Below are positions 54,420-64,000 of a stretch of DNA of 64,000 nt, in pieces. Positions within the stretch are counted from its first letter, which is position 1. The number at the start of each line of letters is the position of its first letter. The position numbers and the translations under genes were made by a program. Below the pieces are notes generated by a model that ran no database searches, was not told the DNA's origin, and saw only the letters and a program-made list of their open reading frames with translations. Source of the stretch: Fimbriosthenelais zetlandica. Its lineage: Eukaryota. The stretch spans positions 27,156,001-27,220,000 of the forward strand of contig OZ365110.1 of the NCBI GenBank assembly GCA_977030845.1. The letters are read 5' to 3'.

Positions 54420-54591
54420 CAGTTGATGCAGCAGCAAGCAGCACTGATGGCGGCGGCTGCACAGGGGGGTTACATCAACCCAATGGCTGCGCTGGCTGCA
54501 GCTCATGTTCAACAGATGAATGCACTTGGCACCCCCAATGGTCTTGCCTCCACCACCATCACTCCTACAACCACCGCCAATAGCATCTACG
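54420..54591 (+). CDS. CELF4-like: CELF3-6 coding exon: Q/A-rich divergent domain
   Basis: Acceptor ttttctttcttgcag (AG 54418-54419, tandem CAGCAG) and donor gtaagt (54592); 172 nt, phase 0 to 1. Translation [57 protein letters not shown] carries the [19 protein letters not shown] signature of the subfamily. Confidence 0.95.
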
Positions 54592-54984
54592 GTAAGTGAC
54601 CCAGAGAGCAGGAAGCTCTCTCCAAAGACCTACTCAACTTTCCATTACTAAAATTCAATGGGAAACATGGAATGAAATATAAGGATTTTAATATAGACCA
54701 ACCTTTCCAGTAGATTGTATTAAAATTCAAAATTTTCACAAGGGAAAATGTTGATCTTCTCAAATATATTGAATTAAAATGGAAGATGAGACCTTTTCCA
54801 GGAGATTGAATAATGCTAAAATTTGATTTCTCCACTAGAATCTATATTCAATAAAATCTTATTGACAACATTATGTAACCTAAGAAATCATTGAAAATAA
54901 AGAATCCATAGTAATATTTGACATTGTAATAATATTTAAGTGTGTAAACTATTGGTCATGCTGACGCTCTGTGCTCTGTGTTAG

Positions 54985-55110
54985 CAGCCACATCGGCTAT
55001 CAACGGTGCACCACCGACAATGTTGTCCCCAACAATGACATCATTTCCGGTACCACAAGCCAACGGTCAAGGCTCGGAAGTCTATCCTAACGGAGTTCCA
55101 CAATATCCTG
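54985..55110 (+). CDS. CELF4-like: CELF3-6 coding exon: divergent domain
   Basis: Branch-like CTGAC at 54961, acceptor tgttag (AG 54983-54984, tandem TAGCAG) and donor gtaact (55111); 126 nt, phase 1 to 1. Translation (A)ATSAINGAPPTMLSPTMTSFPVPQANGQGSEVYPNGVPQYP resembles the family motif PQANGQ...NG...YP. Confidence 0.9.
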
Positions 55111-55350
55111 GTAACTATCAAATCTGTGTTTCGCCCAAGAATTCTTAAAAATATATGATTTTTAAAATATTTTCCAATATAATCATATTTCTGCCTGTCC
55201 CTAATTTGCATAATTAATCCTGCCCTTCAATACTGATAAAAAATAGAAACTTGAAAGTGGGAGTGTTATTTAAAAAAATAACTGTAACATTGGATGTTCT
55301 TAGAGACAGACTGTCTAATTAATCAGAAGTAGACGTGTCCTGTTTTGCAG

Positions 55351-55410
55351 CGCAAGCGGTGAACGGAGATCCCCTACAGCAAGCCTACTCAGGAGTCCAG
55401 CAGTACGCCG
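55351..55410 (+). CDS. CELF4-like: CELF3-6 coding exon: DPLQQAY motif
   Basis: Acceptor tcctgttttgcag (AG 55349-55350) and donor gtatag (55411); 60 nt, phase 1 to 1. Translation (A)QAVNGDPLQQAYSGVQQYA contains the conserved DPLQQAY.GVQQY motif. Confidence 0.93.
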
Positions 55411-56777
55411 GTATAGGTGCCCATTTATACTCTGCTTGCTTTTAATTATTTTACACAAAAAACAATTTTATTCATTTTAACGCAAGGTTGTCTTAGTGTG
55501 ATGTTAGTTTACTGTAAACGACTTAAATTAATTACTTATTTTTTCTGTGTTTTTTTTTTGCGCAAATTGGTATGAATGTTGTAAAACCAGTGAAATTATG
55601 CAATAACAAGTTTTCAAAGATAAATGTGAACTGAATGAATAGAAAGTATCACATGTATACGTAAAACTCCTGGCCATTTCTATTCTATGTTGGAAATTTA
55701 CAAGTTATTTCTACAGAAACTGACTTGCCATTCAGAATAATAGTAGAAAGCATTTGATCACGAGGATTTTCCTTTATAACACTGCATGCTTTCAACTCTT
55801 GTTGGCACTAACATTAGATTAGTCTTTGAATAGTTTCAATAATATTATTATACTTAGAGGCACCTGTTATTCAGTGTATCACACTATGAAAGTCGGCTTG
55901 CCATGAGCCACAATGATAAAATATTATATAATAGAAAATATATCACTAGAGAATCTACCACATGGTTCCACCCAACTGATATTTCTTTTACCTTTCCCCT
56001 TTTTTCGCCGATGATAATTTCCTACGCGGGGATAGACAAGGATTTTGCAATATTAGGTACATACCTCCTTTGACTTGTGTTTTCCCTTCATCCTATATAT
56101 TTCCTTGTTGTACCCATATGGCCTCGTGATTCTGGTTTTTTTATGGACTGGATGAAATCTTCAGTGTGTACATTTTGTCCGTGCGTGATGCATCTTCTTG
56201 TTGTGGTCAACTGAAGATATAGTTGGCTGATTGATATTAAACGCAACAGTACTTGCCGTAGATCCTTTAGCCGTGGCCCGCCAACAGATGAAAATGGCTG
56301 TTCCTGTGACAAAATCAATATCATTTCCTGTCTCTCTATTGCCTCATCCTATTCTTTCTCTAACTTATTTTTGTAAATGGTCCGTAGTGTGCTCTTCCTG
56401 CTTCCCTTTTCCCTTCACAGAATGTAACCTGGCTCTTTCGTTCGCCATTAACAGCTCGGATATTTCAAATTCAATATATAGACCTACCCACGCTCTTCTC
56501 ACTTTTTGTGCCATTTTGAGTCCGTTTCTGGCTTCTCGGGTAGATTATCACAAATGTAACAATTGTTTAAACACCTTATAACATGATAAGTGATGAGAAA
56601 AGCGGAGAAATGTCCATGCCATTCACGTGCTTTGGATCCTGCCGGTTGACCTTCCAGTTTAACGTGCTCGGGGTCGGGGCCCTGGGCCCGGGGCTCAGTC
56701 AACTTCCACACAAGGTTTCCTTTTAGTGAAAATTTGGTGGGTGCGCTATAGAATATTCCCTCGCCCTGTTCCCCTTG

Positions 56778-57591
56778 TAGGCCTAGATTTCCAAGCTTTC
56801 GTTGTTTGATGTTAAGAGATTCACTTCACTCTTTACAATGGGCATGTTTTAAATGTACATAAGTGTATATAAATTTATCTTAAGCAGAGAAAGTAATAAT
56901 GTAAAGCCTAAGTCTACTTAGGCTATGTTAGCGTCTAATAGGCCTACCACAATCGTCGGCCTAAATCTCCATTCCTAGCCTGTTTGACTTATTCTCTGCA
57001 TGTCATGTAGGTTTTGGCATATAGGCCTAAATGGTCTTTGTATCATGGCTTGAGTATGGTGGACGAGGCCAGCCTAAAAACTAGGCATGAATGTGCCTAT
57101 AGGCCTTTCATCTGATGTAGCCTACACCTAAAAACTATAGGCCTAGACCCAGACCATTTTTATAACTGTAGGCCTATAAGTACAACAATGTACGGTAGGT
57201 TAATAAGGGTGGAGAACTCCTTCTTCCATTACTCTCCACCGACCTCACACATTCAAATCAGGAATTGTTGTTACTTGGTCACAGTATACATTCTGCTTTC
57301 TGATTAGATCCTTTATGTGACCCCAGGCAGCCGTCCACGCCCCTTCTTTAATCAATATCCGTTCACTGACTAGCCCCAACTCAGATGGTCTCCATCCTTA
57401 ACATACATCCCTGGGTCTTAAAGGCAAATTAGGGCTTGGTCTTGGAGGCTGAGCATCCTTGGCTGACCATTTTATCACTTCACAAAATGACCCAAGGCGT
57501 GGGCCTTCAGAACATTTAATGCCAGTGTAATTGTCTGCATGTATAAGGCACTAGATGCCCTATAATGTCTACACGATGACTATTAGGCCTA
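56778..57591. repeat. Cluster of TAGGCCTA palindromes and half-sites
   Basis: Perfect TAGGCCTA at 56778, 56939, 57022, 57138, 57169 and 57584; TAGGCCTT at 57100; many GCCTA/TAGGC half-sites between them. Confidence 0.8.
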
Positions 57592-60040
57592 GCAGTTTTA
57601 TCATATATTTAAGATGAATTAAGATCTAAAATATGCTGCTAGATTTAAGAACCAATAATTATTGTTGTTCGGGCTGGACTGAGAAGCGAAATTACTTTTC
57701 TCCGATTATATATTTCGCTCTCTTCTATTTCGCTAGGTTTGATTTCCCAAAGCTGCCTACATTTGCATTTCTAAATTATGATCTCACTATGACACTATCC
57801 AATGAGTTACCTAGTATGCTTATATTGTAGACTATCGGTGGAAACCACCCTACAAAATATTTAGGAATGTCCCCATCTCTCTAGTCTCCATCATCTACAG
57901 GCAGTAAGTTATTGCATCTGTGGTATTGCCCTCCGTTTAATCATACGAAGCCACTGCTACTACCACCACTCCTACAATTCACCAGCCCTGCTCAGAGGGT
58001 GTGAATAAAAACATATGCTTGCCACTGATTAGTCGTCTCAGCACGATTAAACAACCTCATTAAATTCTCCAAATTGATAACAGTTCCGCAGCCTGGCATG
58101 AAATTAACTTGAGGGGAGAGCGGATGGTGGCCAGAGATGGGATCGTTGTGGTGGCGAGTTGTAACAGGTAGAACAAGCAGACTAGAAAAGCCACTGTGGG
58201 GTCTGTGATCCTTTACAAAGTCACTTTTAGGTCTCTGTTAAGTACTACTCATGCCCAAAATGGAAACGAGAAGCTCTGAAACCTTGTTTCCTTTGCCTGA
58301 AAGCACCATATTTATTGTTGCATGTTGCAGAAAGGGGGTATTCTAAATTGATAATGGTTTTTATTTCGTTAGAGCTCTCGGATATGGTGCAATATGAGTC
58401 TCTGTTTCCCTCTAAGCACAGAGTACTTCACTCTCCCGTGTCCTCAGTTCTTTCCATCCCTTCCCTTCTCCCTTTATCACCAACCAGCTTTTCCCTCTGC
58501 CTCGTCGTCTCCCTTTTTGTCCTCCTCTTGCCACACACTTATGACTCCAACCACAAAGAGATGGTTCAGATTTGATCCCGAGAAAAAGGACCACCAGGGG
58601 GGCAAGACATAAACTGCTGAGGGCAGGAGAAAAAAGAAACGATAATGCAGGGTGACATAGGCGGTAGCAAGAGTCACACTTAGTACACAATGACAAAAGC
58701 CAAGTATACTAAATTTGCCTCGGGCTCTGCCATAGAGAAGTACATTACACCAGCACTGCAAAGGACCTTCTTTTGTAGGGGCAAGCATTGGACTGTGAAA
58801 TCCTATCCCATGCCCTAGGCATTCACTCCCCTCAACTAGTGGTATAGAAGGGATTAGAAAGGGATCCACTGCATATGATAATCATTGGGATGTATGAATA
58901 AACCATAAAGACCTCCTCAATAGAAAGGAGAGCAAATAAGATCAAAGGGATTGAACATGGTTAGTAGTGGATTCTCTGGTGCACCAAAGAGAGAAGGGGT
59001 TGAGATGGAGGGGATATTCTTTCTTGATTTTCACTTTTTGATGTGGCCTAATGTCGTTTGATGTCGTGCTGCATGCGCCTATGCGAGTGGTATACTTTCT
59101 CGGAAGGGCTGGGGAGATTTTTTCCTGATAAAAACCAACTTTACGAGTGTGGTAGCTACTGTTCCAGAATGAGCTATGTGATATATTTGATAGAACCGAC
59201 TATCTTGTATAAATATGTACAGAACCCACAGTTCTCTTTCACAAATGATTTCTGTCTTGGCTGAAAAACATAACAGATAAAGATACATACATGTACTTAT
59301 AATCCCCGCAGTTATAGCTGATGGATTAGATGGGCACGACTATCCCCTTAGTCCCACATGTATATTAATTGGAAGGATATAGAAGCAACTTATAGATTAA
59401 AACAACCTTGGCCTTTTCTGATACTGGACTACTTTATCTGATTAACCCTGATGTCTTTCTTTATCGAAGAGAAGAATGAACTTATACCCCTCCCGGTCCC
59501 TTTCTCCCTTCGCCAATACTAGACCCAGCAAAGGCCCTCCTCCCTGCCCGTTTCTCCCATTTTCATCAAAGATCGATTCTTCCCAAGCTGAGTCATTCCC
59601 ACGCTTCTGTTCAGAGGTTTTCCCATTCTCAGCCACTTTTTTCTTTGCTGTCCCAATCCTGTTCCTTCTCTATTTTTCTCCCAGTGCCAGCGTGGGTCTC
59701 TCCTGTACAATATCGCAAATGTGTCGTCCCCCTCTTTCTCCTATCAAGTATTCCATATCGTGCCCAGCACTCCTGTATTCAGGCTTTAAATACACACTAA
59801 TGTCATGAATATTCAAAAGAAACTTAAGAAAGTGTGGATCTCAAAAATAGCTGATCTGGCTATTGCATGCCTGGAATGGCTGCAACCGAAGACACTGTCT
59901 CTTCTCATTTCGGTCAGGATTAATAATCTTTTTTTTAGTACACGAAATGTTTTCATGGTACAAAATTGTATGTTTGATATGCTTTATATCCGATTATATG
60001 TAAAGAGGCTTTAACTTAATTATGTATGTCTGTTTTTCAG

Positions 60041-60121
60041 CCACTTATCCGGCAGCTTATGGACAATTCCAACAAGCCTTGGCTCAACACGCTGCTATAA
60101 TCCCACCCGCTCAGAAAGAAG
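60041..60121 (+). CDS. CELF4-like: CELF3-6 coding exon: linker immediately before RRM3
   Basis: Acceptor tctgtttttcag (AG 60039-60040) and donor gtgagt (60122); 81 nt, phase 1 to 1. Translation (A)TYPAAYGQFQQALAQHAAIIPPAQKE(G). Homologues continue with PEGCNLFIYHLP (RRM3), which I could not find in 60122-64000. Confidence 0.93.
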
Positions 60122-63100
60122 GTGAGTTGCTCGCTATTTGCCCTACTTTACCCAAGTACACACAAATATTATGTTAACATCCTTTTTTCATGGCCCTGGA
60201 AATATATATTTTCCTCTGATTCTGAAGATACTCATCATATAGATTTTTGTTACAAATGTCCCTTATGTATTACACTGAACCCGTCTATTATTATTACATG
60301 TAATGTATAACTCCCTCCTATCGCAGCCCCTGGCGTTCATCCCCCTGTTTTAATGTGACACTGTAAAAAATGTGTCTGTCCTTATTATATCCCCCGCTCT
60401 CTAGTTTGCTTAGATATTTTAGATTTATCCTCATCACATGCATTATTTCTCTTTCTTTGGGTAATCCCTTCTTTTCCCTTTCCTCATCCCTTTCCCTTTC
60501 CATCCAACGTCTTCTCTCTTACCGTCTTCCTTTCCCCTCTTCTCCTCCTTACACGTCCTTCCACCATCCATCTTATCCCTTCTTCCCCCTGTTCCACCCT
60601 AGCGGTCTATACCAATAACAGTCGAACCACCTACTCCTAAAACGCAGGGCTTCCAACACTTCCACCCATATCCTAGATAATAAGGCCAATTAGGCTGGAG
60701 TGGGGTAGGGAGGTGGGTGGACCTAGAGATGTTAAATGGGGGATAATAATCTGGATTGTGTACCTGAGATCTAAGTGACCGAGATATTGACTATTTTCAG
60801 GGAATGAGGGCAAGGAGGAATCGATGTCTAGTCATGTAAATCCTAGGACATACAGAATCTGTAATCCAAAGACAATTAAGATCCAACGTAGGCCTCATTT
60901 TCGTTATATATGTAATCCAAAAGAATATCCTAAGTACTCTCTAATGAATAAGAATATTTATGATTCTTAAGTTATATTAACGGAAACTAAAGTTAATATC
61001 TATTTTCCTATTATATTGAAATATTCCTGAACACTTTTGAAATTTTAAAATGTTGTATAATATAGAAGCAGTGAGGTATTTTATATGACATGTCTAAAAT
61101 GGCAAATCCTCCTCCAGCTCCACCACCCAGCATCTACCTCACCTGCTGCTCCTGTCACGTTTCCATGGCAACCACTAAGATGGCTTCAGTACCAGTGGGG
61201 GGGCCCTCCTCCTCCTCCTCTCTCTGCTCCAGCCTCGGGTCATAGTTAGTGATTATATACCGTTGGCCAGTAATTGTGAGCTAGTGTATACTCATTTGGT
61301 ATATGGCCTCGGGAAGGGAAAGGTCATGGCTCTTTAAGGGAAACCCCCCTTGCTATTAGGAATATATCTTTTCTCCGTTTAGCTTCGGTCCATTAGAATT
61401 AAATAACACACTCAACAGAATCTTCCTTAGCAAGCTGCTAAAAGGAATTGGCCTAATTTTGATTTGTTCCCTTCAATTCCCAAATGGACATTAGGTGTTA
61501 ATTTGAGATTTTAATTGAATGAGACGTTGATGAAGAAACAGGATATAGGTGGAGACAGGTTTCCATGAGGACACGACTGACCCTCAACGTGGAAACCCCC
61601 TCCCCTTTCCCCGATACACAGTACCCTGAGCCTTGCTCCCATCTCTTTCTACTACTCACACTGCCATGGCTAATTGAGGTCACTTAGTCACCGCCATATG
61701 GCCCTGCTTTCCCTACAATCTGGTATCCAAGCAGTGGTATAAACACCCACACTCTCTTCCTCTCTCTTTCTCCCATTCTCTCCCCCTCTTTCTCTCACCA
61801 CCCCTCACTCCCCTCCCCTTCCCCTCGTTCTTTCTTTATCTTTCTCTCAGTGTCCCTCCATCTCCATCTCTATCCTTCTCCCTAACCTTTCAACCAACAA
61901 GCAACCTTTTCTGGAAAAGACAAGCAAACATTGGGCACACAATTTAGCATTCTCTCCCGCCCTTCCTTCTCTAATAAATCAAACCCAAACTCTTTGCAAA
62001 GCTGAGGTGAGAAGGGATTTACTAGGCACTACTTCCCTCCCCAGCCCCTGCCTTTCCTTTACATGGCTCTAATTGACATAATGAATTCTTAATGCCTTCC
62101 TTTAACTGAATACTCCCTGCTCCTTGGTCTTTTAGGGAGCTCCCCCCAAGAATAGGTACTTTCTCTAAATGGATCCTGAGCAGGAAATGGGATTTTCGCG
62201 CCAATAGTTGTTTTTTTTTCTTGCCACAAAAATATTAAAAATTCTTCCTTTCCAGTCTATTATTAACACGGCACTGTCTACACTGATGATGTGTTGATAA
62301 TACGTTATGATTGTTTCCTTTTTGTGTGGTATTAAGTCGATTCTTTTTGTTCTTTTTGTGGTTTCTCTGGAGAACTTGGATGCTTGCTGTGAGCGTGTTG
62401 GTTAGATGTTGTGATTCATAGACCTGCTAAATTCTTCCAATGATTATCCCAACTTCTGTATTGAAGCCATTCTATAACAATCCTCAAATAAATCATTGAA
62501 TACCAAGTCATTCAGGAACTATAGAGCCATATCAGCCAAAATAGTCTTCAATATCCAAAGGAAAACTTCTCGAGAAATCATTTTAGGCGTTAACGAAGTA
62601 ACAATTAGGTGCTGCTATACTTCAAATCATTATTAAGAATTACTGAGCAATTGTAAAAGAATATAGGCCTACTAAAGGCATTCAATATTTTTTCAAAATC
62701 TGACTAGTTAATGCCAGCAAGAATGTATGGAATTTCCATGGAGACAGGCTTGCTTTCAAGCCAGCATTATGTGCACAAGCAGGGCCATTTATCATGCTTC
62801 AAATTACCATAGAACAGAAAGTCTTTATTGACATTTCTTAGACCAGTTAGATGCTGAGTTGCCTTCAGCGAGAGTTGAACCTTTTTTGGTTCCATCACGG
62901 GGAACGCTGACCTCGTATCGATCGTCAACTTCCGCGTCTGTCCGCCAGATGGCTGAGTGTGTTTGCCTTTCACAGTGAGGCGAGGCCGGGCCTTGTTTGC
63001 TCACCGTCCCGCTCAAGAGCAGCTCTGTGCCCTGGGCAAACTCCAGTGTTTGTCAGGCGTCCGTGTCGGGCTAATGGTTGGAGGCCAGGTATAGGCCCCA

Positions 63101-64000
63101 GCCACGCAGGACAGGACCCCACAGTAGTGGACAACACATGGTCAGAGACAGTGTCCAGCACGTGCCCCATCCATGCCTTGACCATGTCCAAACCATGTCC
63201 ACTTGTGGCACACCGGCTCCCCACATCATGTATTCCTCAACACTGGCTCTATTTGTTCAGCCATCTTTCCATAATTGGGGCCAACAGAGCTGCTATTTGC
63301 CAAATCGTGCCATTTCAAATATCTTGACTATCTACTACTACCATTAGCCTGCAATGCAAGTGAACTCATTAATTCAACGGGTTTGTATAAAGCTGCAGGC
63401 GTTATCAATTATCAAACATGAAGCATGTTATATAAATGTGCCTCTCCATGATTCATCTGTTCGCCTTAGTTTATCAAACATAGCATAGATATTGGCAAAT
63501 CTCTGACAAAGTGTAGACGTAGGGCTGGCGTGGGAGTGGTTGTTGGTATTATAACCAGATGCAAGTGAGTTATCAACAAACATGGGGCTGGCCCAGGCAC
63601 CCTTCCTCCTCCTATGTCCCTCTTCATGCATATTCTGCACGAATCGTCCAATCTCTCACCTGAAAGATTGACGAGCAATGCAATATTGGAGGGGAACACC
63701 TTACATGGCTCCCAATGGAGCTCCACTAGCACCTCTTCATTGAAGGTCCACCTGGGCATGACCAATACCAAACAGCCCAATATGCATGCACTATAGTCCC
63801 TTGGAAAAGCTCGCCAAGCCAGAGAAGCCTGCCATCTCTTGACACACTCAATGCATGGCTATGTAATAATGAAAAATTGTACTATATAAAGCTAACATGC
63901 ATGACTGATGTAATGCCAATGTAAATTATGTTATATCAATTATTAAACCTTCAAGCATCTAATGTTGTAATGAAAAGCCTTCTCCATTCAGATTTCTTTT

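Larger units (their letters stand above)
10917..60121 (+). other. CELF4-like: Span of the recognised part of a long-intron CELF3-6 gene, partial at both ends
   Basis: Seven exons join without stops (816 nt). Introns are 19554, 10303, 13269, 393, 240 and 4630 nt, plus at least 3879 nt after the last exon. No RRM1 sequence (e.g. IQVKPAD) was found in 1-10916. Confidence 0.93.

Noticed and set aside
1-64000. Prokaryote-style systems (CRISPR array, operon, defence island, phage)
   Set aside because: No regularly spaced repeat-spacer array and no long or densely packed ORFs; the spliced animal gene explains the coding signal.
1-64000. Apparent excess of TGCATG (Rbfox motif; roughly 35 seen on the + strand)
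   Set aside because: Not clustered near the exons, and readily explained by TG/CA excess from CpG decay.

Overview
This is eukaryotic (animal) genomic DNA, not prokaryotic: there are no operons, CRISPR arrays or long intact ORFs. The window lies inside one large + strand gene encoding an RNA-binding protein of the CELF3/4/5/6 (Bruno-like, UNC-75-like) subfamily. Seven GT-AG coding exons (10917-11045, 30600-30679, 40983-41150, 54420-54591, 54985-55110, 55351-55410, 60041-60121; 816 nt) join in one open frame with compatible phases. They encode RRM2 and the Q/A-rich divergent domain up to the RRM3 boundary. I found no RRM1 or RRM3 exons, so the gene probably extends past both ends. About 98.7% of the window is intron, holding simple repeats, one TTAA-flanked non-autonomous DNA-transposon-like element and a TAGGCCTA cluster. 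The most interesting signal is a candidate internal promoter plus a short first exon (ATG GTG GGA G|gtacgt, 8015-8024) that splices in frame to the RRM2 exon and would give an RRM1-less CELF. Frame-preserving alternative splice sites also occur at five exon boundaries, and there are weaker candidates for microexons, a poison exon and recursive splice sites. The taxon cannot be fixed from the sequence; an invertebrate deuterostome is my guess only. All calls were made by eye and none is confirmed by transcripts.
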